DNA of 64,000 nucleotides from positions 13,208,001 through 13,272,000 of the forward strand of contig OZ076409.1 in the NCBI GenBank assembly GCA_964187785.1, read 5' to 3'. Under the pieces are notes generated by a model. That model ran no database searches and had not been told where the DNA came from. It saw only the letters and a program-made list of their open reading frames with translations. The stretch is from Amphiscolops sp. MND2022. Lineage: Eukaryota. Of this stretch, positions 1 to 12,300 are shown in pieces (the first letter of the stretch is position 1; the number at the start of each line of letters is the position of its first letter). The translations under genes were made by a program, and so were the position numbers.

Positions 1-1850
1 ATTAACATCATCTATTTTTATTGACCCAATTCTCGGCAGCTTCGAGCGACAAAGCTCAAGGAGAAAAATCATACTTTAGTTGAGAAAAAACTTGTTTTTT
101 TGACGATTATTTTTATTTTCTGTGAAATCGAAGTCAGTTTTAAAAAGTAAATGTTCTAGACCATTTCCTCGTTTGATGTTCCCCTTTCGATACCGTTCGC
201 ATATTTTGGCGTCAATTCGACTATTACCTCGATAAAAATCAATCCTGTTCAAAATCTTTACATTGTGTAGATTCACCGAAAAGGAAAATTGGAGAAAGCA
301 TAATCTTGGCGGAAGTGCCCGCTACTTAGAAAGCTCTGTGTTTCCTTTCTGGCGAAATTAATTAGATTATGAGGAAAAAGGGAAATTAAGGAAGTACGCT
401 ATCATGGATTTGTTCGTCAAACATGTAATTACCATGATCATCCTGTGACAGGGAAAGTCTTAATTCCTCGTGCTGTCTAATTTAATCCTTTTACTCAATT
501 TGTTCACGTGTATTTACTTTTGTCATCACTTTTCCATCTGTACTAGATCACGCTTCATGTGGAAAAGTTCCGCAGTTAAAAAGTGTGAACAAGAATCACA
601 TCAAGTTTTTGATGAACAGGCATCGAAAGTTTGATCTGATCAAGTTACCTAGTATTGGAAAATTCAGGAAGAAATGGTTCAGTTCCTGATAATTGCTGTT
701 TTTTCTCATTTCAATCTTTCTGAAAGAAAAAACCCGTGCGTTTTGAAACCGCGATATGACATAAATCCGTTAGTCATATATCATGCATAGTTTATTCAAT
801 ACTTTTTAAATCCATTCTTCACAACTTTTTGTTGACTTTCTTTGGCGTTTTCAGATCATTTCTGAAAAAAACTCATGTAATCTGAAACAATATTTTTAAG
901 AGCTTGTTAGGAACTTTTCATATATTTTGGAACAGTTATGTAGAGTGTTGCTTTTAAATTCAAATTGGTTTTTTGCGTTATTTTTAGGCGACAACTTTTT
1001 GAAAATTGATGAAAAGTCCACATGTGGTATTTATCAAATTGTCTCGTAGTAAATTTACTCGATGTGTAACATCGCGACTATTACTCTAGCTTCATTTCAA
1101 GAGCGCCAATTGAGAATTTCTTTAAAAAACGACGCAATCATCTGATTTTTTCTTTACGCTCTGCGCTTGAAATGTTTCCGCTCTCATCGAATTTTTGCAG
1201 TTAATAAAATATACGGGATTTTCTGCGATGCGCAACCGACCGTTTTTTGTAACTTGCAACTGTTAGTTTTTGACCAAATTGAGACTTGATACAAACAAAC
1301 AACCACCACGGGGGAAGATATAAGTTGAATGGTTTGAAACGGTACTGAATTATTATACCAACTGAACGTTCTTACACAGCTCCCATAATTTAAGCAGTTC
1401 ATTTTCCTTTTCCGTCTCTCTCCGTTACTTACTTTCGAATTGAAATGCGCCGTAATATTAAGCTTGACGTTAAACACATAAACGTACTTGAGCTAACAAC
1501 ATAGCCACTTTATACCGTTTCCATTCATTCATACATATTCCTCGTGACATTTTCCTCTTTTTTATCAACCACTGATAACCACTCTCGTATATTTATTGCA
1601 TGATTCGAAAAATTCATTCAGGCTCGCTTCTTGCTACTGATTTCAGACGACGCCTCGTTGCACATTGGGCTGACTTGACTGTTCATTAAAAATGTTCATA
1701 AAACAACATCTGAGGTGTCTGTCCAGCAAATGCTACTGCCCATGTTTTACCTCCAATTTATCGATTCTCGTCGCAATGTTTAAGCATTGCAACCTCTTCC
1801 ACCAGTAGACGTTACGTCTTACATATTACGTAACGAACAAAGTACATGTT

Positions 1851-2126
1851 TTTAGTCGGCGCCTTTTACCTTAAGGGAAAAAGCCCGACTATTACAGTGG
1901 GTAGTTTGTTCAGTTCACGTTGAATGGTCCACTTTTTTGTTCATTTGTTAAACATTTTAGCCGAGATATTATCGTTTAGATATAAAGTTTCAAAGTTCGG
2001 ATGTAACGTTTTCAAAGTTCGAATGTAACGTTTTCAAAGTTCGGATATAACGTTTTCATTTCTCGTTTACCATTATCGATTTTTTCCCAAATTTCACAAT
2101 TTGTTGAGCCTTAGATATGGCGTGTT
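1851..2126 (+). mobile_element. HINE-like family 1 copy (3' hairpin deleted), with internal 22-bp tandem repeat
   Basis: Starts tttagtcggcgcc with 5' hairpin; ttcaaagttcggatgtaacgtt repeats; ends gagccttagatatggcg|tgtt; close match to 17290-17676. Confidence 0.75.
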
Positions 2127-2177
2127 ATCTTTGCATAGAAACGACAGTGTCCTTCAGTTGTTGAAATTATCCGATTC

Positions 2178-2554
2178 CAGTGTTGGAAAAAAATTGGATT
2201 TACAGTGTTAGTTTGAAAACATTTTCCTGTGCAACCTTTTATAATTCAGATGATACATGTAGAAACCATAATATGATACTTCACAATCATCGGGACATGT
2301 TCAAGGTTTTGAGAACGGAAACCATCTTTGCTGATTTTTCCACTCCTAGGCGATTGCACTCCTTGGAGTGTACCCAACTTTAGGTTGAAAAAATTCTCTC
2401 CAGGTCCGCCGTTGAGGGTTAACAGCTCAGGATGCACTGAATAGTTTCCTTCACTATATACAAATAACACTAGAAATAAATCAACTAAAAAGGCTTTGAT
2501 TTAAATCTTGATTTAAATCGGATTTTTACAATTGATTTAAATCATCCGATACTG
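2178..2554 (-). mobile_element. hAT deletion derivative retaining a transposase C-terminal dimerisation-domain remnant
   Basis: Imperfect TIR cagtgttgga/tccgatactg; exact 8-bp TSD tccgattc (2170-2177, 2555-2562); minus strand PSTADLERIFST*SWVHSKECNRLGVEKSAKMV; subterminal GATTTAAATC repeats. Confidence 0.85.
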
Positions 2555-2664
2555 TCCGATTCCCAGTTCTTTTTGTTATAATGATATTGGATTGTGTGAT
2601 GAAAGCTGTAGTAATTCAAAAACCCCGTTTGTATATTTCCAATGCTTGTACAGGAAACCAAAAC

Positions 2665-3290
2665 TGGAACGTCTCAAGTCGGCGCCTCCTATCAGCAAAA
2701 AAGCGCGATGTCTTTTAATAATGCTAAAATGTTATTTTTGAGAAAAGTGAAAAATCTTTCAATGCCGAAAAATGTTCAAGGTGGGACTCTAAGAAGGCTC
2801 TTCCCCAAATCAAGCTATCAAAAAAACCAAAAGAAGGGAAAGAAAAAAATCCAAGAAAAGTAGCACAATCCTGAAAATCTTTTGTTTCTTCTAATACCAT
2901 GAAACAATAGAACGGCATTAGTCGGCGCCCCACTTGAGGCTCAAAAAGAGCAAAAGTACTTCAAAGCGTCAAGGATTCTCCTGTGAAGGATTTCTCAATT
3001 TCACATCACCGAAAAAAACGAACGGGGTACCTTTGGGCTCGAAAGGATTTTTGCTTTTATTCTCACCAGAAACATCAACAAACCAAAACTTTTTTCCACT
3101 AGAAACCATACAACCAAAGCAAGAACCCTTTTGTGAAATCACAGTGCCAAAAAAAACGCAAAGGGGCCCTTTGATCTTGAAAGGCTTTTCCCTATCCGAA
3201 AGGGGACTCTTTTTGAAAAGTAGGTTTTCGAAAAAAAGTCTCACAGTTCCGAAAATAACCTATTAGGTTTCGAAAAAAAACTTATTTAAT
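2665..3290 (-). mobile_element. Degenerate HINE-like family 1 fragments (two 3' ends)
   Basis: ggaacgtctcaagtcggcgcc (2666) and gaacggcattagtcggcgcc (2910) are reverse complements of the family 3' end; interior cacagtgccaaaaa/ggggccct modules. Confidence 0.55.
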
Positions 3291-3799
3291 TTGAATAAGT
3301 ATGTGAAAATAAGAATAGAAAGACCCCTCTGACTTGAAAATATTGTACGTTTCAAGAAGGTTAGTTTTTCCGACAACTTCGTGTATATTTTCTCGATGCA
3401 ACAATATTTTGCAACCTTCTGGAGATTTGTATTGGTCACGTTTCTTGACTTTCAAATGGAAATAAAGATTTATGCGCGTTGCCCGAACTTCTTATACGAT
3501 GTTCGCTCTCAAGAATTTGAGCACAATAAAAATGATTTCTTGGTATAACTTTTCAAGTGTCAATTTCAGGAAAAAATCCGATTTTTTGAAAAGAAGTGAA
3601 TCGTGTTATTCGTTAACAAAATTTTCCATCCTGTTTGCTCATTGGCTGTATGAAACAATTTATGAGAGATGAACTTAGTTTTCAAGGTTAAACCGGTAGA
3701 TTGGAAGCAGGGGTTGCCTATTTAGAGTCGAAAATCGAGGTCAATCTTCGTCAAATGGGATTAAAATTTGGCATGTATCGGTGCACTATCAACAGTTGG

Positions 3800-4030
3800 T
3801 TTCATGAATGACCATCCATGATTCATGGATGTTCATGAATAACCATCCATGATTCATGGATGTTCATGGATAATCATCCATAATTCATGGATAACCATCC
3901 ATAATTCATGAATGTTCATTGATGGATGTTCATTGATAACCATCCATGATTCACGGAGGTTGCATGGATTTCCATTCATGTCCATGACATAGCCCATGGC
4001 ATGGTGTGCCAAAATCATGGATGGAAATCG
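3800..4030. repeat. Degenerate CATG-rich minisatellite (aaccatccatgattcatggatgttcatg-like units)
   Basis: Several imperfect tandem copies directly visible. Confidence 0.8.
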
Positions 4031-4049
4031 ATGACTGGACAACCTGTGT

Positions 4050-4700
4050 GGTTCTGAATAATTACAAATTACCAGCTTTCCTTTGCTTGGATAGTGTCAA
4101 AAATTGTACAAATTTAAGTTGGGAACATATCTTGTTATTGAAATATCTCGTTTTTCAAGTTAGATGTCGGTTTCAGTAATTCCTCCATGGGATCATTTAA
4201 TTTCCTCTCTTAATGAGAAACTGGCCCATGACGTAATCGTTTTTGGACAAGAGTACAAATGGAATGTCAAACAATGGTATCGATTTGCCAGTTTCGTATA
4301 CGTAGTAGTTTAAACCAGTTTTGTGATTGAGTCTGAGAAAGTTGTCAAATGAAAGCGAATGTTAAACATGATAGGATTGTTGATATTGCTGCTTCTTAGT
4401 CTGTAGCCGAAACCAGACCAAACAAAGTGGACTAAAGTGAACGTTTCATGGTTTCACGCCGGCTTTCGAACTGGTAGCCATCTGTTCGACAAACTATGCC
4501 AAGGAGGCAAGAAATTGTTGGACCGCGAATTCGGTTCAACTTGAAACGGATTACGTTTGAACACTGTTACCAATTCCCATTACCATTTAGACCATATAGC
4601 ATGTTTTGTATTCATACGCCGCTTTCTGTTATTGCTACCTTCTGTTTGAGACTTTCAGGATACATTACGCGTTGAAATGTTTGTCTTCAAGGACTATAAT
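4050..4700 (-). pseudogene. Highly decayed non-LTR (LINE) reverse-transcriptase fragment
   Basis: Minus strand SKW*WELVTVFKRN...PNSR, LASLA*FVEQ, SGFGYRLRS in the order expected for W..A.VTPVFK...NYRP, LSKVFE, QSGFR..RS; many stops and frameshifts. Confidence 0.35.
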
Positions 4701-5682
4701 TTACGACTTTATTTCATTTATCTACACTTTTTGTCTCGCTAGATTTCCGCTGGCTTAAATTCACAAACGCACATTTTAGCACGCTGTACAGTGGACATTC
4801 ATGATGGAACATGTAACACTTTTTATTGGAACGAAAGGCTTTTTTTGGCTTCAAAGCCTCTAAACGGCTTTGTTTTTCATCGGATCTGGCGTGAAAACAA
4901 TGATTGTCACGCGTAGCGTTTGAAACTGGTCGACTAATTCATCAATACTTAAGACTTGAGGAGCAAAAGGGGAAAATTCTCGCATTTTGTTGAAAAATTG
5001 ATGCAGTATTTTTTAAAAAAATACAGGAAGCGTTTTTTTCGACCTGAAGTTGAAATTGGTCTCACTGAGACTGAACATCTGCGTTCACTGGCCTTGCGGT
5101 CTATTTGAAAAAAAAACAGTCCGATTCAAAAATGAATCACTGGATATATGTGTCACAGACCGAATGCATCTTTGCTCGGAGCTTCCCTTGAAAAAAAAGT
5201 ACCGCCTAGAATATTTTTGATTGCACGATACACACTGTCAGTGGCTTACGGCAAAAATATTCCGACTGTTTTTTCTGAAAACGTGTGCTACAAATAAGTT
5301 TAAATGGTGTCAGTAGTATTGTTTTTATTTCACCGCTTCTGTATTCAATAACTGGAAAAGGTCTAGAATTCGCAGAAATTTAGCGTCCCGTCAAAAAAAG
5401 TTTTTTTTTGGATTTTTGGAATGAATGTTCGTATTATCACAGAAACTGAAACTCCTCCCCCACCCATTTAACATTAAAATTAAACCAGTAATTTGTTATA
5501 TCCCAAACACCGAGTCGTTAAGCATTGGCGTGGCAACCTTTCATGGTAGAAAATGAAATTTCACAAAGTTTTCACCTTTGAAATCGTTTTTTTTCCTTTT
5601 TTCAGATGATAGAAATGCAATCTCCGTGGACCCCGCAATCAACATTATCTTGGTCTCCTTGGTGAATGAAACTAGACCAGCT

Positions 5683-6304
5683 ATGGTCGCCGCTATGCAT
5701 CTAATAAATATCTACAAGCTACCACCGTCATTCCACAGTTTTCCAAACTTGTTTTTTATTCTGCTCACATTACCTTTCTTGCCTTTCGACCTACCCCTAC
5801 CAGTTCAATGCAGTACCGCAGTGAGACCTCTCTCCTTTCTATCCTACAATGTTACTCAAAAAGAGCGGCTGTTCCACATGGACAGCCAGGACCATTACAA
5901 TCCAAACATCAGTCCGGATCTTGGCGACATTATTTTCTGGAAAAACTTCATTTTCATCACGGCCAGAAACAACATCTTCAAGTTCTACCGAAACTCGTCG
6001 CAATTTTATCAATTCCAGTATGCAATGATGCTGCCTGAGTTTGACAAATGCAATCGACCTGACTTGACCTATTGTCTCCGAAAGGTCAAGTTTTTGTTTC
6101 CCTACACCAACGGGTCAATGCTGGGGTGCTATGCTCATAATTTCCAATCGCATTTCTTCAAACTCACCAATTCGCGTTTCGAGAACATCAACACGACAGA
6201 TGTTTTAGCCAACGCTATGAGAAAATTCTGTTCCGTCGACTCTAACGTGGAAACTTTGGTTTTCGATCAGGGCATTAATTCCAACAATTATTTTCTAGCA
6301 TCAG
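5683..6304 (+). CDS. Semaphorin coding exon 1: putative signal peptide and N-terminal Sema domain
   Basis: Acceptor ttttttcag|5606; ATGs at 5683/5695 followed by hydrophobic FFILLTLPFLPF...VQC; FITARNNIFKF resembles Sema VGARN.IF.L; donor G|GTTAGT at 6305. The start codon is inferred because the frame is open back to the acceptor. Confidence 0.8.
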
Positions 6305-9300
6305 GTTAGTTCAATTCTTTCCTTTTCGTTTTTAGTCGAGATTTTCATTTTCTTTCACTTTTTTAAAAATCTTTTCATTACAATTGACCTGTGATGATCA
6401 TTTTTATAAAATAATTTAAATCGATATAAATGATTGATTTAATTTAATTTTAAAGTTTCTTTGAATAGAAATCATTTTTCGAGCGCGTGAGTTTTTCTGA
6501 TATCATATTGACGGTAGGTTTGCTGAACAGCGAAATATAAAACATCAAAGGAACATTAGTTCTGCTACGAAAAAAAACGTTTGATTTTGTTCAACCCTGA
6601 TTTGTCAAAGAATTGGTTCAACAGAGTATTTTTTAGATAAATTGAATTATTTCCTCAATTTTGCTAATAATTTTTTAGAGGAAAAAATCTTTTTTTTGGA
6701 ATAAAAATGATCATCACTGCAAATGACTTTCATTATTTTTCAAAACTCTAATTGTTAGAAAATTTCAAAAATCGCTCTAGCAGACTGAACTTTTCAACAG
6801 TTTTCAAGCAAAAACTGCTTTTCGTTTTTTTCATCTACAATAATTACTTCTTTTAAAAATTACAAGCCTCGAGGTGTGAACTGATTTTGGGTGGTGTTAA
6901 GCTTTATTGGTTTCCACCAAAATAGTCCCACAAAAGGATTCCCTACGAAAAAATTACAATGATAAAGTTGAATTGGTTCAACCTTTTTTCAATGATTTTC
7001 CCACACAGCCCAACCTATTGATTGAAAAGGTCCATTCAAAAAAGTGGGAGAGACTTGAAAATCATCCCTGGGCATTGAAATGAACCATTGTAATTTCAGG
7101 GGCTGTTTTCTCTAGAGACCAATTGTGTAGGAGATTTTTTCCTGACGACCAATTTCATCGAAATTAATTTCTATTTAATTTTGCTTCGCTGCGAGAGAAA
7201 TCTTGCCAAGTCGAGTTGTAAAAAGAAATTGATTTTTGTTTATGGTTGCCCATTTTATCCAAATGGTGCCACTGTGACATTATAGACCTAACTGTTCTAG
7301 TTCATACACTAAGGATGCCAAAAAGCTTAACCCTACTTGACCTGGGCGTTTTTGCAAATTTTCGAAAAATCTGATTAAAAATTTTCAATCATTAATATAT
7401 ACACAACTACGCATACCAGAGAAATGAACTACAGCGCGTTTGAAAGGTCTGGTATTGGGCTTTCTCTTTGGTCAGGTGAGCCCCTGTCACCGCACGCCCC
7501 ATTCTTCAGAACTTCGTGTTGCCCGCTACGTGGGGGCTTGTAATAACAACAGCATATCATTTGTTTTTTTTTACGCAACGTCTTGTCGTGAAAGGACATG
7601 GGGTTGCTTTTTTAATGGGTCAAGGACTTTTGAGAAACTTTGATACTGCCATTTTTGCAAGAAAAACACATTTTCCAATTTTTTTTTGGAAACAAATTCA
7701 GTTTTTCTGATGCTTGTGCCGTTCAAATCAAACACGGTTGTTGACACTTCAAATACACTCAACCAACAAATTGTTGAATAAAAACTGTACTAGAGAATGT
7801 GGGGTACTGGCAAAACAGATCAGAAGTTGAAAAAAAAGTTGGCTGCTTCAAAGTACCGCTAGGTTACTTAGGTTCAGACTGTTAACCTGAGGGTTCTATG
7901 GGTTTGATTCTGTTCGCTAACACGTAATCTTTTTTGAAACTGTCTGAAACATCTGTGATCCCTTTTTGTTCCAGGTATTCCCAAGAAGGGCTTTGAATTG
8001 GAACGATTGGAATTTTCCAGTCCTCAAGAACTGGATATTCTGAGGAACTCGACTCTCAAAATGGAGCCGAGCTCACTCTTTGGCTTGCACCCCGGAGTAA
8101 AGAGTCAAATAAAAACCAACAATTTGAGAGACAAATCCTTGTCACTTGGCAAAAGCTACCCAGTCTCGCATTTCGAGTACAATGGAAGTATTTTTGTCAC
8201 TTTCCGTGAGCCTGCCATTGAGTTCAAAGGTCTGGCTGAGTATAAGAACCTCATGTTCAGCCGGATAGCCAAGGTCTGTATCCAGGACAGAGGCAGCGGC
8301 GGGTTTTCGATCAGTCCAGTCAAGTACTGGACCAGTTTCGCCAAAGCCAGACTCATGTGTTCAACTTCGGAGAAGGTGTTCTTCGCGCTCAATGAGATCC
8401 AGGCCACGTTTTTCGACTACAATGGATTCCTTTTTGGCTTGTTCGATACCCCCTACAGCGAAATGACATCTTCTGCAATCTGCGCTTACGATATGAAAAG
8501 TTAGTTCGACATATGGTGATGGTCTGTTTATCGACAACAGAGTTTTGACATCGCTAATTTTTCCGCTAAACCAGTTAGAATTTTTATTTTTTTTTAAATT
8601 TTTTGAAAATTTATATGAAACCCCGTGTAAGATTCTGAGGAAATTTTGAATTTGAACATTCTGTTAGTTGAAGAGCTAACTTGAACCGCTAATGAAATCG
8701 CTGAAAATTTCCTCAACGGCCGCTAAATCGCTAATTAGCCGTGTCAAAATTCTGATTGATAACAACAATACTTGAGAAACGAGCGAAGGAAAACTCCTCT
8801 GACTGAGCCGAACAGTTTTCTTCTGACAAAATTAGAGTATGTAAAAGCGAACGTATTTGCAGCGGATTTATTTAAAACCTGAATGAAATCTGTTTTTTGG
8901 CAAAATTTTTAAATGAACAGTCAAACCCGAAACTATCGATTTCCTCTTTATCCTAGGGAAATACATATATATTTTTAAAAAACCATACAAAATCCTGTGA
9001 AATATTGTAACATGCTAGCATCATTATTTTCCGCCCAAGTTCCACTATATGAGAAAGGAAAATTAATCTCTCAACCCTCTCTGTTGTTGAAGTTTTTTTG
9101 ATCTTTTTGTGCAAATTTTGTAGTTTTTTGGCCCTACACTTGAGCCCGAAAAATATATTGTCGCTAAATGAATTCACTAACGAAAAATATCTCGATGCTA
9201 GGTGTCTGTCTTGTTCACATTCGAAGTGATTCATAGCTGCTTACAAACCCTTAAAAAAGTCTTTTTTCCAGCAATTTCTGAAGCGTTTGCGGGTGACCAT

Positions 9301-12300
9301 TACGAGGCACCGGCGTTTCAACCACAGGCGCAACGAAACCCAGATGTCATCAAGGACTACAGACCCAGCGAGTGCACCAATAGGAGCGAAGACATTGACA
9401 TTGACCTGGTCAACTACTTACAGACATACCCCTTGATGAAACAGGTGGTCAAACCGGTGTCAGAGGCCCCGGCATTTCTGGTGCACGGCTCCAACTTCCG
9501 GCTGGCCACTTTGACGGGGGAAGAAGCCTACTGGGTCACTTCTGGCAGCAAGCTCTCCAAAATTTACATTCTTTATGTCGGTGAGTTTTCGAAACACTGT
9601 CTTTTCTGTGGCAATTGAGTCGTATACTATCAACAATAGTTTTTTTCGCTAATCGCTAAACCGCTAATTTCAAAATCGCTATTTTGCTGGAAAACTTTTT
9701 CTTCAAACCATTAAATGTTTGAATTCAAGAATGTTCTAAATTTAAACGATAATTTAATTCAATTTTTGCAAGAAAAAATGCTGTAATTAATACACCAATT
9801 TTACTTTAAATGAAGCATGTTTGCACATCAAGTGAATTGACCAATAAAATTGAGCCGTATCCTAACCATAGCGTCGCTTTATATTTCCACATTGAGTGAA
9901 ATAAAATCACTTTAAGTGAGCTCCAGACTGCAAACGAAGGGCAATGAAACAATACAATTTCAGTTCATATGAATTAGATTCCAATTTGAATGAATCAATC
10001 GCTGAGAATATGCTGTTTCACTAAGCAGTGAGTAAGAAAACTCTACAGATGAAGAGTTCGAATTTTCTGAAATTCATTTTGAAACTCTGTGTATTTTCCG
10101 AGTAAATTTTGAATTTAGACAACCTATTAGTTGCCGCTAATTTGAATCGCTAATAGAATCCCTGAAAAATTCTGCTCTCAACAATAGTCTTTTAAGCTCA
10201 CTTATAATTATACTCTTGAGTCCCTATGTGGAGGAAGGGGGGTTAGTTCCATGTAACTTCTGACGATTGAAATTGTCGGAACCTCTAATTCGGACCAACC
10301 CCCCCCCCCTAATAATCAAACTTGACCTCGGCTTGTGATGCCGCAATGTATAAGCATAGAGAATGTAGAAACATCTCTCTTAGTAGGACCCGTGTATAGT
10401 CTCGAATTATTCAAACTAGATCCCGGTAATCAGGGAACTCTAGTGATGTTTTTAGTCGGCGCTTTTCGAAGAAAAACGCAGACTATAGTAGTGACTTTTT
10501 TTATTAGTCGGCGCTTTTCGAAGAAAAACGCAGACTATAGTAGTGACTTTTTTTAAGACCAACGAACTGACAGATTTTATAAATTTTATAAGTAAGCACT
10601 AACACTGCTGTCTGGAACTAGCATTGTCTGGCACTAACACTAAACCACACTGGCATAGAGGTTACGGCTTTTTGAGGTCTGGCAAGCGGAAGGACATTGG
10701 TTCGAGTCCCGCCCTTGACCAAATTTTTTTTGTGTAGATTTTTTTCGGCTTTGTGAGACTTTTTTTCGCAATTTTCAATATTTCTGCTTTAGCAGGAATA
10801 TTATTGAAATCCGAAAATGTCTACTTATTTTTTTTCAGTACAATTTTTCGGACGATCTGAATAATTCAGATATTTTGTTCGGAAGTGAGAGTAAGCGAGA
10901 GAGCTGCCGAAGACAATTCAATTCTAGTGCGATGGAACGAGCGAGTGGTAATTATCCATTCGTATGCTGACGTCATTGAGATGAAGCGAGCGAATGTTCG
11001 TAATTGTGCTTTCGTTGCCCCGAGTTATTGAGATGAAGCGAATGAGTGTTAATTATTCGTTCTCGGAGACGCCTGCATTCAAATGCGAAACTTCGTCTAC
11101 GCTTAGTAGTTATATTTTCTTTAGTCCGGGAAGAATTAAAGGCGGTGTAAACTTGTACAGTGATTACATGTAATTGTGCGCTAAATAATGATTAAACAAG
11201 AGTGTATTGGTATTCCAGATTTGATTCTTTTATTAATGAATTTTTTGTTTCAAAAAAAATAAAGATTAAAGCAGAAATAGTACTGAGCCCCGGAGGGGCC
11301 TATTTTTTTAATGTCTCCGAAGGGTCCACCCTTCATTTTTTCCTATTTTGCAAAAGAATGGATGTTGGAAAACAGCCAAAGGGCCCCTTTTACATTTTTC
11401 GGTACAATGCGACTTACCAGAAACTTCAAAAAACTTCAAAAAATTTTTGGAAATTTTTTTGGGTACTGTAGAGGAGAGTACTTGACACTTTGAAGTCCTT
11501 TCGCTATTTTTGAGCCTTAGATATGGCGCCGACTTGGGCCGTTCCTGGCTTGTTTTTTGTTAGAGTAGTTAATTTCCCCAATTCCGCGGGGTGGATGTCA
11601 ATTTTTTGTGACACCATCGATTCGGCTGCTTTAGATGTTAATTTACTGTTCGAAATCACTTTTCTCTGTAGTTACTCCAAACTGTTTGGCAAAATATTTG
11701 GTCTTGCTTGTAGCTCAAAATTTTGATTCAAAGTCACTGTATTTTTTCGCACTGTAAAAGGGTGAATTCCCAAATAGCATAAGAGCAAATAACACAAAAA
11801 CAAAATTACTTTCAAACAACATAAAAATGAAATGAGTTTCACTAAACATAAAAATAAAATTGTTTACGAGAAAGTTTTAGTAGTCAAGAGAATTCACAAT
11901 TCAAAAGATTCACTGAAAAAAGTGTGGAAATCACAGATAACATTTTCTGAGTTCAATTGGTTAACCGGGTATTCGGTTTTATTTTAATGTTATTTGAAAC
12001 TTATTTCATTTTTATGTTTTGAAACTAATTTTGTTTTCATGTTATTTGCTCTTATGTAATTTAGTACGTAATCCTGTAAAAGCAATTCGCAATATTTTTG
12101 ATTTTTGTCTCGATTCTTGTGTTTCTCTCTTCAGTTTTGTATTTATGCATTCTCTCAGTTTTCGCGTAAATCAGTTCAGGCTTTGAAATATAGTTCACCG
12201 TAGAATATGTATACAATTATACGATTTGCAAGCAAGCCAGCCATCTTGCAGAATAAAGCCATCATCATTATCTTTCAGGAGTTTTGTGGGTCACAGTTAG

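Noticed and set aside
1..1800. Possible upstream exons or promoter of the semaphorin gene
   Set aside because: An upstream exon is implied by the acceptor at 5606, but no candidate could be supported from sequence alone.
3708..4046. caggggttgcc...ggacaacctg as TIRs of a MITE around the CATG repeat
   Set aside because: Poor TIR match and no target-site duplication (attggaag vs tgtggttc).
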